From contig CALVXI010000001.1 of NCBI GenBank assembly GCA_944368975.1, positions 34,260-98,259 of the forward strand: a stretch of DNA of 64,000 nucleotides, read 5' to 3'. The stretch's first letter is position 1. Each line of letters starts with the position of its first letter. Under the pieces are notes generated by a model. That model was given only the letters and a program-made list of their open reading frames with translations. It did not search any database and had not been told where the DNA came from. Origin of the DNA: an uncultured Bacilli bacterium (GTDB lineage: Bacteria > Bacillota_I > Bacilli_A > RFN20 > CAG-826). Shown here piece by piece: positions 20,637 through 31,020 of this stretch. Both the position numbers and the translations under genes were made by a program.

Positions 20637-20737
20637 TTCGTTTACCTCCTTAAATCGCCTAAATATTATAGCAAAATCAATATAACCACTGCAATAGAAA
20701 ATTATTTAATCTAAAAATGTTACTAAGTATTTTGAAA

Positions 20738-21301
20738 TTAATTATTTTTCTTAAGTAGTTCATCCCACTTATTTAAATCCTCATTATCTGGAACAAATAT
20801 GTAAGGGACTTCTCTAAAAAGTTCGTTATAGTCAAATCCATAACCAACTAAAAATTTACTTTCATTTAAGTAATAACCAACATAATCAGCATCTAATTTT
20901 ACTTTGCGAGCTGGTATTTTATCAATTAAGCAACATAATTTAATTTCTTTTGGTTTATATTTTATATTTAAATAGTCTTTTAAATAATTTAATGTTGTTC
21001 CAGTATCGATAATATCTTCGACGATTATTACTCTTTTATTTGTGATATTTTCTGAAACATCTTTTTTTAAATGGATAACACCAGTAGAACTAGTTCCATT
21101 ATAACTAGATAATTGAATGTAATCTAATTTCATTGGAAAGTTAAGCTTTTTTATTAAATCATGCATAAATGGCGCAGCACCTTTTAATACACAAATTAAG
21201 ACAGGAATGTCTTCACAGTTTTCATAGTCTTTATTAATTTTAGAGGCTAATTTCGTTATAATTTCATCGATCTGCTTTTCGTTAAATAAGATTTCTTTCA
21301 T
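20738..21301 (-). CDS. hpt: hypoxanthine-guanine phosphoribosyltransferase
   Basis: PRPP-binding motif 'VIIVEDIIDTGTTL'. Length 187 aa. Confidence 0.9.
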   Translation of the reverse strand: MKEILFNEKQIDEIITKLASKINKDYENCEDIPVLICVLKGAAPFMHDLIKKLNFPMKLDYIQLSSYNGTSSTGVIHLKKDVSENITNKRVIIVEDIIDTGTTLNYLKDYLNIKYKPKEIKLCCLIDKIPARKVKLDADYVGYYLNESKFLVGYGFDYNELFREVPYIFVPDNEDLNKWDELLKKNN

Positions 21302-21478
21302 AATTTTTCCTTTTAATAAAATTAATCTAATCTAATTTAAGAGCTATGTCAATTTAATGATAATTTATTAGTGAAAAAAATTTTGCTTACTACTATAATT
21401 AAGTAGTGAAATCGAATTTAATTAATAAATTAATTAAATACATTAATCTTCTAATAGAAGATAATTTGAGGTAATAAA

Positions 21479-22897
21479 ATGAATAATATATATGATGTAA
21501 TTATTGTTGGCTCTGGTCCAAGTGGTTATATGTGCGCTTATGAGTTAAATAAGCTTCATCCAAATTTAAAAATTTTAATGATTGATAAAGGTTATGATAT
21601 TTATTCAAGACATTGTCCAGTATTATCTCACAAAATTGAAAGATGTCCATTAAATAAAGAAGGAGTTCAAGGATGTTTTCCAGCTTGTTCAATGACTAAT
21701 GGCTTTGGTGGAGCTGGGGCTTATAGTGATGGAAAATATAATATAACGACTGAATTTGGTGGTTGGTTAACTAATTATATTAGTGATGAAGAAGTTTTAA
21801 GTTTAATTAATTATTGTGACGAAGTTAATTTAAAATTTGGAGCAACAAAAATTATTACTGATCCTTATACTGAAGAAATTAAAAATATAGAACGTCGTGC
21901 AATAGGTGCAGGACTTAAATTACTTAGAGCTAAAGTTAGACATCTCGGAACTGAAGAAAATTTAGAAATCTTAAAAAGAATTTACGAATATTTAAAAGAA
22001 AGAATTGAAATACGATTTAAGACACCGCTAATTGATTTAATTATTGAGGATAAAGCTGTTAAAGGAATTTTAATTAATAATAGTGAAAAAATTTATGCTA
22101 ATAAAGTAGTTTTATGTTTAGGAAGAGATGGAAGTATCTTTTTAAATGAACTTTTAAGTAAATATAAGGTTTTAATGCATAACAATCAAGTTGATATCGG
22201 CGTTCGAGTTGAAACAAGCAATGTCATAATGGAAGAGATTAACCATAACTTATATGAAGGCAAATTTATTTATAATACAAGCGTCGGAACAAAGGTTAGA
22301 ACTTTTTGTTCTAATCCAAGTGGGCATGTTGTTTTAGAAAATGATCATAATGTTGTTTTAGCTAATGGTCACTCTTATTTTGATCCACGTTTAGGAAGTG
22401 AAAATACTAATTTTGCGTTGTTAGTTTCCCATAAATTTGAAGAACCATTTAATGAACCTAATAAATTTGCTAGTTCGATTGCTAAGCTTGCTAATAAATT
22501 AAGTTGTGGAAGTGTAATTTTACAGAAATATGGTGATATAAAAAGAGGCCGTAGATCTACAATTAATCGTATTAAAGAAGGATTTATTAAACCAACTTTA
22601 AAAGAAGCTGTCCCAGGAGATCTAACTCTTTGTTTACCTTATAAAACTATGCGTTCTTTAATTGAAATGATTGAAGCTTTAAATCAGGTTACTCCAGGAA
22701 TTGCTAATGATGATACATTATTTTATGGTGTAGAAGCTAAATTTTATAGTGCTTACCCTGATGTAACCAATGATTTAATGGTTAAAGAAATTAAAAACTT
22801 ATATGTTGCAGGCGATGGAGCTGGTATTACTAGAGGATTAGCTCAAGCTAGTGCTAGTGGTGTTTTAATTGCAAGAAATATATATAAAGGAGAATAA
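21479..22897 (+). CDS. FAD-dependent oxidoreductase (COG2509-like uncharacterised FAD-dependent dehydrogenase)
   Basis: Dinucleotide-binding 'VIIVGSGPSGYMCA'. Length 472 aa. Stop abuts purA. Confidence 0.55.
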   Translation: MNNIYDVIIVGSGPSGYMCAYELNKLHPNLKILMIDKGYDIYSRHCPVLSHKIERCPLNKEGVQGCFPACSMTNGFGGAGAYSDGKYNITTEFGGWLTNYISDEEVLSLINYCDEVNLKFGATKIITDPYTEEIKNIERRAIGAGLKLLRAKVRHLGTEENLEILKRIYEYLKERIEIRFKTPLIDLIIEDKAVKGILINNSEKIYANKVVLCLGRDGSIFLNELLSKYKVLMHNNQVDIGVRVETSNVIMEEINHNLYEGKFIYNTSVGTKVRTFCSNPSGHVVLENDHNVVLANGHSYFDPRLGSENTNFALLVSHKFEEPFNEPNKFASSIAKLANKLSCGSVILQKYGDIKRGRRSTINRIKEGFIKPTLKEAVPGDLTLCLPYKTMRSLIEMIEALNQVTPGIANDDTLFYGVEAKFYSAYPDVTNDLMVKEIKNLYVAGDGAGITRGLAQASASGVLIARNIYKGE

Positions 22898-22898
22898 A

Positions 22899-24164
22899 AT
22901 GGCTGTAGTTGTTGTTGAAGGTGCTCAATGGGGAGATGAAGGAAAAGGTAAAATCACTGATTATTTAGCAAGTAAAGCTGATATTGTATGTCGTTTCCAA
23001 GGTGGAAATAATGCAGGGCATACAATTTGTTTTAATGGGAAAAAATATGCATTAAGAAGTTTACCTAGTGGTATTTTTAATGAAAATATAGTAAATGTTA
23101 TTGCTGATGGTGTCGTTTTAAATCCATTTATGTTAATTGATGAAATTAATGAAATAAGAAATAGTGGTTTTAATAATTTTAAACTACTCATTTCCAATAG
23201 ATGTCATCTTATTATGCCTTATCATTTAGATTTAGATGGTGCATATGAAAATTTATTAAGTGATAAAAAGATAGGAACTACAAAAAAAGGAATTGGTCCT
23301 TGCTATATTGATAAAGCAGCAAGAAGAGGAATTAGAGCAGGTGATTTACTTGAATTAGATTTTCTCAAAGAAAAGTTAAATGATACTTTAATAGTTAAAA
23401 ATTTAGAATTAAAAAGTTTAGGATTAAAAACTTATGATGTAGATGAACTTTATAATAAATTAGTTGAAATTAGTAAAGTTTTAGGAAAATACATTGCAGA
23501 TTCTCAATATTTTTTAAATAATGCGATTAAAAAGGGTAAAAATATCTTATTTGAAGGTGCTCAAGGAATAATGCTAGATATTGATCGAGGAACATATCCT
23601 TATGTAACTAGTTCAAGTCCAAGTAGTAATTATGTCCCTCAAGGAGCTGGAATTTCACCTAAAGCAATTGATGAAGTTGTTGCAATTTGTAAAGCATATA
23701 CTACTAGAGTTGGTGAAGGTCCTTTCCCTACCGAACTTTTTAATGATACAGCTGAACTTATTAGAGAAAAAGGTCATGAATATGGTACGGTTACTCATCG
23801 TCCTCGTCGTGTTGGCTATTTAGATTTAGTTATTTTAAAAAGAAATTTAGAAATGAGTGGAGCAACAATGATTGCTTTAACATTATTTGATGTTTTAAGT
23901 GGCATTGATGATTTAAAAGTATGTTATAAATATGAACTTGATGGAAAGGAAATAGATTATATTCCAGCAAGTTTAAATGAATATTCTAGATGTAAACCAA
24001 TATACAAAAATTTTAAATCATTTACTATAGAACAAGATACAAAATCATATAATGATTTATCAAAAGAAGCAAAAGAATATATATCATATATTGAAGAAAT
24101 GACAGGAGTTAAAGTTAAGATTTTATCTATTGGTAGCGATAGAGAAAAAACATTAATTTTATAA
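22899..24164 (+). CDS. purA: adenylosuccinate synthetase
   Basis: 'VVVVEGAQWGDEGKGKITD' P-loop and 'GIGPCY'. Start moved to ATG 22899, which has an AAGGAG RBS. The ORF-track start 22869 adds a 10-aa extension with no RBS. Confidence 0.9.
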   Translation: MAVVVVEGAQWGDEGKGKITDYLASKADIVCRFQGGNNAGHTICFNGKKYALRSLPSGIFNENIVNVIADGVVLNPFMLIDEINEIRNSGFNNFKLLISNRCHLIMPYHLDLDGAYENLLSDKKIGTTKKGIGPCYIDKAARRGIRAGDLLELDFLKEKLNDTLIVKNLELKSLGLKTYDVDELYNKLVEISKVLGKYIADSQYFLNNAIKKGKNILFEGAQGIMLDIDRGTYPYVTSSSPSSNYVPQGAGISPKAIDEVVAICKAYTTRVGEGPFPTELFNDTAELIREKGHEYGTVTHRPRRVGYLDLVILKRNLEMSGATMIALTLFDVLSGIDDLKVCYKYELDGKEIDYIPASLNEYSRCKPIYKNFKSFTIEQDTKSYNDLSKEAKEYISYIEEMTGVKVKILSIGSDREKTLIL

Positions 24165-24206
24165 ATAGTTGAGTTTTAAAGACTTTTTATAGAAAAATTT
24201 AGATAA

Positions 24207-24235
24207 TACCAGCAAAATAATAGGCTGGTATTTTT
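24207..24235 (+). terminator. rho-independent terminator after purA
   Basis: TACCAGC-loop-GCTGGTA followed by TTTTT. Confidence 0.6.
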
Positions 24236-24252
24236 AATAAATAAATTTTCTA

Positions 24253-24281
24253 TTGACTAATTTTTTTAAACTAGATAATAT
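24253..24281 (+). promoter_or_regulatory. sigma-A promoter for the hlyIII gene
   Basis: TTGACT at 24253-24258, a 17-nt spacer, then TAATAT at 24276-24281. The ORF-track start at 24253 reads this TTG as a start codon. Confidence 0.45.
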
Positions 24282-24306
24282 AGTATTGAAAACTAGATTA
24301 TTTAGT

Positions 24307-25032
24307 ATGTCACTTAAAGAAATCAATTTACCAAATTACAAATTAAGACATGAATTATGGAATAGCATCAGTCATGGACTTGGTGCAATTTTTGCTATTA
24401 TAGTTTTTATATTGTCTTTAATTAAGGTTATAAATTTAGGATATATACCTAATGTTGATGCTTCATCCCCGTTAAGTTATGAAAGTTATATTTGTAAAAT
24501 TGTAAGTATAATAATTTACTCGCTTTGCATGTTAATTACTTACACTATATCTTGCATATATCACGCTTTAAAAAAGAATAATGGCAAAAGAGTTCTTAGA
24601 GTTATTGATCATGACACTGTTTATCTTTTAATTGGTGGAACCTATACACCATTTTGCTTAATAAGTTTAAGGCATGTGAATTTATGGGGGATTATTCCTT
24701 ATTGTGGCTATATAATTTTTACAATATGTTGGATTTTAATTATTTTAGGTATCATTTTTAATTCAATTAATATTAATAAATTTAAAATTTTTAGCTTTAT
24801 TATGTATATATGTAGCGGTCGGATTATTTTATTGGCTTGTGTTGATATATATAACGCAATTGGTTTTAATGGTTTTATGTTACTTCTTTTTGGAGGTATT
24901 AGTTATACGATTGGTTCGATACTTTATGGTATTGGTGGTAAAAGTTCCGTTTGGTTTCATACAGTATTTCATTTTTTTGTTTTATTCGGAAGTATCCTTC
25001 AATTTTTAAGCTTTTATTTATACGTTATTTAA
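24307..25032 (+). CDS. hemolysin III family (PAQR) membrane channel protein
   Basis: 'HELWNSISHGLGAIFAI' and C-terminal 'WFHTVFHFFVLFGS'. Seven TM segments. Start at ATG 'MSLKEINL', downstream of the promoter above. Confidence 0.7.
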   Translation: MSLKEINLPNYKLRHELWNSISHGLGAIFAIIVFILSLIKVINLGYIPNVDASSPLSYESYICKIVSIIIYSLCMLITYTISCIYHALKKNNGKRVLRVIDHDTVYLLIGGTYTPFCLISLRHVNLWGIIPYCGYIIFTICWILIILGIIFNSININKFKIFSFIMYICSGRIILLACVDIYNAIGFNGFMLLLFGGISYTIGSILYGIGGKSSVWFHTVFHFFVLFGSILQFLSFYLYVI

Positions 25033-25107
25033 TCTTTTCTATCATAGATAGAAAATAATTGTTTATTACTTTAAAAATCGATGTTTTTTTGTATAATAAT
25101 TGAAGTT

Positions 25108-27972
25108 ATGGAAAAGAATATTATTAAAGTTATAGGTGCAAAAGAAAATAATTTAAAAAATGTCAATGTAGAAATACCAAAAGAAAAATTAGTTGTTTTT
25201 ACAGGGCTTAGTGGTAGCGGTAAATCTACTTTAGCTTTTGATACTATATTCGCTGAAGGACAACGAAGATATGTTGAGAGCTTATCAAGCTATGCTCGTC
25301 AATTTTTAGGAAATTTTGAAAAACCTGAAGTTGAAGCTATTGAAGGCTTAAGTCCGGCTATAGCAATTGATCAAAAATCTACCTCGCACAATCCACGTAG
25401 TACTGTTGGCACTGTAACTGAAATATATGATTATTTTCGTTTACTTTTTGCTAGAATAGGAGTCCCTTATTGTCCAAATCATCATATCCCAATTGTGAGT
25501 TTTTCATTAGAAAAAATTACGGATATTATTTTAAGTTATCCAGTTGGTACAAGAATTCAAATTTTAGCACCTATAGTACGTAATGAGAAAGGAACTTTTA
25601 AAGATACTATTAGCAAAATTAAGGAAAATGGTTTTGCTAGAGTTCGTATAGATAAAGAAACATTATTGATAGAGGAAGTTAGAGATCTAGAAAAAACTAA
25701 AAGACATAATATTGATATAGTAATTGACAGAATCGTCATTAAAGAAGATATTAGAAGCCGTGTTTTTGAAGCAGTTGAACTTGCTAGTAATTGGGCAAAT
25801 GGTTTTGTTTTAGTTGTTATTGGTAATGAAGAAAGACTTTTTAGTGAACATAATGCTTGTAGTGAATGTGGATTTACTATCCCTAAACTTGAACCAAGAT
25901 TATTTTCATTTAATTCACCTTTAGGATGTTGTCCAAGCTGTAATGGATTAGGTATTAAACAAGAAGTTGACATTGATTTATTAGTCCCAGATAAAACTTT
26001 ATCGATAAATGATGGAGCAATTATTTTTTATAAAAATACAGTAAATACATCAAATCTTGATTGGCAAACTTTTGATATGCTTTTAAAGCATTATAACATT
26101 CCTAAAGATGTTCCTTTTAATGAATTAACTGATAAAGATATTGATATTATAATGAACGGAAGTAAAGAACCTTTAAGTTTTACTTTAAAAAGTAGTAGTG
26201 GAAATTTAACTCATCGTAATGGTTATATTGAAGGCTTAAAAAGTAGAATTGAAAGGTTATATCGTGAAACTACTAGCGAATTTAATAGAGAGTATTATTC
26301 AAAATTTTTAAGAGATAAAATTTGTACTGAGTGTAATGGAGCTCGTTTATCAAAAGAGGCTCTCGCAGTTAAAATTGATGGCTTAAATATTTATGAACTT
26401 TGTTGTATGCCTTTAGATAAACTTTATGTTTGGATCTTGGAACTAAGAAATAAATTATCAAAAACCGAGCTTCAAATTGCTGAATTAGTATTAAATGAAT
26501 TAAATAATCGTATAAAGTTTCTTCTTGATGTCGGACTAGAATATTTAACTTTGTCTAGAATGTCTATGACTTTAAGTGGTGGAGAAAGCCAAAGAATTAG
26601 ACTCGCTACACAAATCGGAAGTAAATTAAGTGGTGTTCTTTACGTATTAGATGAACCATCAATTGGTTTACATCAAAGAGATAGCGAGAAATTAATTGCC
26701 ACTTTAAAAGAAATGCGAGATTTGGGAAATACATTAATTGTTGTCGAACATGATGAAGAAATGATTAGAGCAAGTGATTATATAGTAGATGTTGGGGTTG
26801 GTGCTGGTGTTCATGGCGGTGAAATTGTTGCAACTGGTACGGTTGAAGATATTGAGAAATCAAAAGAAAGTATTACTGGAGCTTATTTAAGTGGAAGAAA
26901 ATATATACCTATCCCACTATCAAGAAATCATGGAAATGGTAAATTTTTGGAAATTAAAGGTTGCACTGTTAATAATTTAAAAAATATTTCTGTTAAGTTT
27001 CCTTTAGGATGTTTTATTTGTGTTACTGGAGTAAGTGGAAGTGGGAAATCAAGTTTAGTTAATGAGACTCTATATTTAGCTATTAAAAAAGAACTTGAAA
27101 AAGTAGATGTAATGCCTGGTCCATATAAAGAGTTAAAAGGTTTGGAAAATATTGATAAAGTTATTAATATTTCTCAAGAACCTATTGGTAGAACACCTAG
27201 AAGTAATCCAGCCACTTATGTAAAAGCATTTGATGATATTCGTGAAATTTTTGCTAATACAATTGAAGCAAAATCTAAAGGTTTTGATAAATCTAGATTT
27301 TCTTTCAATATGCCTGGTGGGAGATGTGAACATTGTCAAGGAGCTGGTGTAACAAGAATTCCAATGAATTTTTTACCAGATGTTTATGTAAAATGTGATG
27401 AATGTGACGGTAAAAGATATAATAGTGAAACATTATTATGTACCTATAAGGGTAAAAATATTTATGATGTTTTAGAAATGACAATTGAGGATGCTTATAA
27501 TTTCTTTAAAAATCATGTTGGCTTAGCTAGGAAATTAAAAACTTTATGTGATGTTGGTCTAGGTTATATGAAACTAGGTCAACCAGCTACTACTCTAAGT
27601 GGAGGAGAAGCTCAAAGAGTTAAATTAGCATATTATTTACAAAAAAAGCCTACAGGAAAAACTTTATATATTTTGGATGAACCTACTACTGGACTTCATG
27701 TCGATGATGTAAATCGTTTGTTAAAAGTTTTAGAATCGATTGTTAATAATGGAGATACGATTTTAGTAATAGAACATAATCTTGATGTTATTAAAGTGAG
27801 TGACTATATAATTGATATTGGCCCTGAAGGTGGAGATAAAGGTGGTAATATTGTTGCTACTGGAACTCCTGAAAAAGTTAGTGAAAATCCTAATAGTTAC
27901 ACTGGTAAATATTTAAAGTTTGTTTTAGAGAAAGAAAAAGAAAGAAAGGAGAGGCTAAAACATGACGCATGA
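25108..27972 (+). CDS. uvrA: excinuclease ABC subunit A
   Basis: Two ABC modules 'GLSGSGKST' and 'GVSGSGKSS'. Signatures 'LSGGESQR' and 'LSGGEAQR'. Zinc fingers 'CSECGF...CPSCNG' and 'CEHCQGAG...CDECDG'. Confidence 0.92.
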   Translation: MEKNIIKVIGAKENNLKNVNVEIPKEKLVVFTGLSGSGKSTLAFDTIFAEGQRRYVESLSSYARQFLGNFEKPEVEAIEGLSPAIAIDQKSTSHNPRSTVGTVTEIYDYFRLLFARIGVPYCPNHHIPIVSFSLEKITDIILSYPVGTRIQILAPIVRNEKGTFKDTISKIKENGFARVRIDKETLLIEEVRDLEKTKRHNIDIVIDRIVIKEDIRSRVFEAVELASNWANGFVLVVIGNEERLFSEHNACSECGFTIPKLEPRLFSFNSPLGCCPSCNGLGIKQEVDIDLLVPDKTLSINDGAIIFYKNTVNTSNLDWQTFDMLLKHYNIPKDVPFNELTDKDIDIIMNGSKEPLSFTLKSSSGNLTHRNGYIEGLKSRIERLYRETTSEFNREYYSKFLRDKICTECNGARLSKEALAVKIDGLNIYELCCMPLDKLYVWILELRNKLSKTELQIAELVLNELNNRIKFLLDVGLEYLTLSRMSMTLSGGESQRIRLATQIGSKLSGVLYVLDEPSIGLHQRDSEKLIATLKEMRDLGNTLIVVEHDEEMIRASDYIVDVGVGAGVHGGEIVATGTVEDIEKSKESITGAYLSGRKYIPIPLSRNHGNGKFLEIKGCTVNNLKNISVKFPLGCFICVTGVSGSGKSSLVNETLYLAIKKELEKVDVMPGPYKELKGLENIDKVINISQEPIGRTPRSNPATYVKAFDDIREIFANTIEAKSKGFDKSRFSFNMPGGRCEHCQGAGVTRIPMNFLPDVYVKCDECDGKRYNSETLLCTYKGKNIYDVLEMTIEDAYNFFKNHVGLARKLKTLCDVGLGYMKLGQPATTLSGGEAQRVKLAYYLQKKPTGKTLYILDEPTTGLHVDDVNRLLKVLESIVNNGDTILVIEHNLDVIKVSDYIIDIGPEGGDKGGNIVATGTPEKVSENPNSYTGKYLKFVLEKEKERKERLKHDA

Positions 27973-29422
27973 GATAATTTATTATATCGGAATTTCTTTA
28001 TTAATTTTGGGTATTATTAGTACTTCATTTTTTATTAGTATTGCAAATAAAAATAAAAATAGTTTAGATTTGCAAGGTTTTATAAAAAAATATTGGCCTT
28101 ATGCTGTTGGAGTTTTAGGAGTTAGTGTTCTATCTTTTATATTTTTAGATAGTGCTTTCTTTATTGATGAAGCTACTATAAATAATTTAAATGAAAATAA
28201 TCTAACCTTAGAAGGCGGATATTTATTTTTATCTTTCTTTTTTGGAATTCTCTTTGTAATTTTATTATATACATTTATTTTTAGCTTTTATCTATATTAT
28301 TATTTTCCTGATGTTAAAGGTAAATCTCATAAGATTATAAAAATTACTTATATAAGTAGTTTCTTCTTAACGATTGTTGCTTTGATATTATTTTTTGAAG
28401 GAAATGCTCCTTATTTTATTTATCCTTTAGCAAATACAATTCATATTGGAAGTGGAGGCATTATTTTAACTCATGGATCAATTGAAGGAGGCTTAAATAT
28501 TACGCTTTATGCTTTATTTATTTTAGGTGGAGCAATTTTAGTATATTTTATTTGTGACCATATCACATATAAAGAAACAAAAGAGCATGGTTTAATTCTT
28601 ACTTGCTTCTTATGGGCTTTTCCTTTAGGAATTGTTGGAGCTAGACTTTGGTATGTCGCTTTAGATATTTCTAGCGAAGGTGCTAATAGTATTTATGTTC
28701 AAGATTGGGTAAATATTTTTAGAATTTGGAGAGGTGGTCTTGGTATAATGGGTGGAGCTATTTTAGGTATTATTACTGGAGTTAGTGTAATGCTTATTTA
28801 TAAGTATGCTTTAAGAAGAGAACCTTATACTAAAATGAATTATTTACATTTAGTTGATTATATTGTTCCTACTATACTTATTGCCCAAGCCATTGGTAGA
28901 TGGGGTAATTTCTTTAATAATGAAGTTAATGGTGCACCAATTCCTATGGAATCAATCGCTTTTTTACCTACTTTTATTAAATTAAATATGCAATATGCTG
29001 AACACGGTCAAGCAACATTAGTTGGTAGTGGTCAAGTCTATTTACCATTATTTTTTGTAGAATTTTGTACTAATATTTTAGGCTATTTAGTAATTTATTT
29101 TGGTTTTACAAAAGGGTATATTTCAAAATTAATTCAAAGAATTTATATTCATAAACCACTAAAAGAAATAAACCCATATATAGCTAATGGTAGTTCAGCT
29201 GGTTTATATTTAGTGTGGTATGGAGCTACTAGAGCAATCTTAGAGCCTCTTAGAACAACCGCTGATTATTATTCAACTAGTGTTTATTCGTCCTATGTGA
29301 TGATTGGTAGTGGAGCATTAATAATTTTAATTGCTATTTTATTTAAAGAATTTATTACGGATAAAGGTTATCCTAATATAATATTTAATAAAGAATACTA
29401 TAAGAATAAGAAAGATGCTTAA
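27962..29422 (+). CDS. lgt: prolipoprotein diacylglyceryl transferase with ~160-aa N-terminal membrane extension
   Basis: Lgt signature 'GRWGNFFNNEVNG'. Core begins near 'HIGSGGIILTHG'. Total length 486 aa. Confidence 0.8.
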   Translation: MTHEIIYYIGISLLILGIISTSFFISIANKNKNSLDLQGFIKKYWPYAVGVLGVSVLSFIFLDSAFFIDEATINNLNENNLTLEGGYLFLSFFFGILFVILLYTFIFSFYLYYYFPDVKGKSHKIIKITYISSFFLTIVALILFFEGNAPYFIYPLANTIHIGSGGIILTHGSIEGGLNITLYALFILGGAILVYFICDHITYKETKEHGLILTCFLWAFPLGIVGARLWYVALDISSEGANSIYVQDWVNIFRIWRGGLGIMGGAILGIITGVSVMLIYKYALRREPYTKMNYLHLVDYIVPTILIAQAIGRWGNFFNNEVNGAPIPMESIAFLPTFIKLNMQYAEHGQATLVGSGQVYLPLFFVEFCTNILGYLVIYFGFTKGYISKLIQRIYIHKPLKEINPYIANGSSAGLYLVWYGATRAILEPLRTTADYYSTSVYSSYVMIGSGALIILIAILFKEFITDKGYPNIIFNKEYYKNKKDA

Positions 29423-30071
29423 AGTTATTATTTTTGATATGGATGGGACTTTAGTAGATACCGATCCAGTTTTAATTCATTTATGGGGTGAAATGTTTGA
29501 CACTTTTAAAAAAGGTTTTAAATATAGTGATGAATTATTTAAATCTTTTAGTGGCCCAAGTTTAAAGGATACAATTACTAAGTATTTTAGTGAATATGAT
29601 TATGAATTTATTAAAGACGAGTATTCTAAAAGGGGAATTAAATATTACGATGTATATTTAAGTTTATTTCCGAATGAAATTAAGATTATTAAGAAGTTAC
29701 ATAATGATGGCTATAAATTAGTTGTATATACTAGTAAGAATAGAGAAAGAACTTTATTTTGCTTAAAGAAATTAAAATTAGAGCATTATTTTAGTTATGT
29801 TGTTACAAGTGATGATGTAATAAATACGAAACCTCATCCAGAAGGTTTATATAAAATATTAGATTATTTTAAAGTTAGTAATAAAGAAGTTTTGATGGTT
29901 GGCGATACAAAATATGATTTTGAAGCTAGTAAAAACGCTAATATAAATTCTATTTTATTAGATATAGTTCATCATGATATAAGCAATACAAAACCTTTTA
30001 AGGTAAGCAAAAGTTATTTAGAGTTATATAATGATATAAAGGAATTTGATAAGTTTAATGAAATCAATTAG
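29415..30071 (+). CDS. HAD-family hydrolase (PpaX/phosphoglycolate phosphatase-like)
   Basis: 'IIFDMDGTLVDTD' motif I and 'VGDTKYDFEA' motif IV. The lgt-ppaX arrangement matches Bacillus. Confidence 0.65.
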   Translation: MLKVIIFDMDGTLVDTDPVLIHLWGEMFDTFKKGFKYSDELFKSFSGPSLKDTITKYFSEYDYEFIKDEYSKRGIKYYDVYLSLFPNEIKIIKKLHNDGYKLVVYTSKNRERTLFCLKKLKLEHYFSYVVTSDDVINTKPHPEGLYKILDYFKVSNKEVLMVGDTKYDFEASKNANINSILLDIVHHDISNTKPFKVSKSYLELYNDIKEFDKFNEIN

Positions 30072-31020
30072 TTTTACAAAAGATATAAAAGAAGATATTT
30101 GTCAAAATAATATCGATTACTCGGTCGATTTAATCATTCCTTTACTTTCAAGCTTTATTAGAACAAACGGAACATTAATTTTCCGTAATAATAGTGAATA
30201 TTTATATTTAGAAATTGAAAATGCTCAAGTTATACGTTTTATATATTCAAAACTTAAAGAATTAATGCCTGACTTATTCATTCATTTTTCTTATCGTAAG
30301 AGTATGAAATTTAATAAAGGAACTAAATTTATTATTGAAATAAAAGATCCTTTTGACTTATTAAAAGCTTTAAATATAGATTTTTTAGAGAGTAAAATTG
30401 CATTAGTTTTGACTAATAAGGAGAGTAAAATCAAATCTTATTTAGCTGGATTATTTTTAGCTTGTGGAAGTTGTAATGATCCAAAAAGTAGTAATTATCA
30501 TTTAGAGTTTAGCTTAAAAGATTTTGAGTTTGCCAAAGCTATACTTAAATTAATAAATAAAATAAAAACAATTACATTTAATTTTAAATATATTCAAAGA
30601 CGAAATGCTCATGTTTTATATTTAAAAAGAAGTGACCAAATAAGTGATTTTTTAGGATTTATTGAAGCAAATAATAGCTGCTTATATTTTGAAAATGTTA
30701 GAATTGGTCGTGATTTTTCAAATATTACTAATCGATTAGTTAATTGTGATACTTATAATTTTAATAAAACAATTGAAAATAGTAATAAGCAAATCGAAGA
30801 AATTAATTACATTGATGAAAAGTTAGGTATTAAAAATATTCAAAATGAGAAAGTTCGTTTATTATGTATTTTAAGAATCAAATTTCCTGAAGCAAGCTAT
30901 AATGAATTAGCAATTGAATTAGGAAAAGAATTAAATACGACTATAAGTAAGTCCAATATAAATCATTTATTTAGAAAGATTAAAGAAATTGCTTTAAAAT
31001 TAAATTATGGAAATAAATGA
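30058..31020 (+). CDS. whiA: DNA-binding cell-division/sporulation regulator WhiA
   Basis: LAGLIDADG-like 'LAGLFLACGSCNDP' and a C-terminal HTH. N-terminus 'MKSISFTKDIKEDI'. Confidence 0.8.
   Translation: MKSISFTKDIKEDICQNNIDYSVDLIIPLLSSFIRTNGTLIFRNNSEYLYLEIENAQVIRFIYSKLKELMPDLFIHFSYRKSMKFNKGTKFIIEIKDPFDLLKALNIDFLESKIALVLTNKESKIKSYLAGLFLACGSCNDPKSSNYHLEFSLKDFEFAKAILKLINKIKTITFNFKYIQRRNAHVLYLKRSDQISDFLGFIEANNSCLYFENVRIGRDFSNITNRLVNCDTYNFNKTIENSNKQIEEINYIDEKLGIKNIQNEKVRLLCILRIKFPEASYNELAIELGKELNTTISKSNINHLFRKIKEIALKLNYGNK

Noticed and set aside
21302-21478. Purine riboswitch upstream of the FAD-protein/purA operon
   Set aside because: The leader lacks the GC-rich conserved junction of the guanine/adenine aptamer. 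Only simple palindromes are present.
25557-25973. 138-aa minus-strand ORF opposite uvrA
   Set aside because: It is antisense to a strongly conserved ABC domain. It is Ser/Leu-rich with no signals.
27133-27339. 68-aa minus-strand ORF opposite uvrA
   Set aside because: It is antisense to a strongly conserved ABC domain. It is Ser/Leu-rich with no signals.
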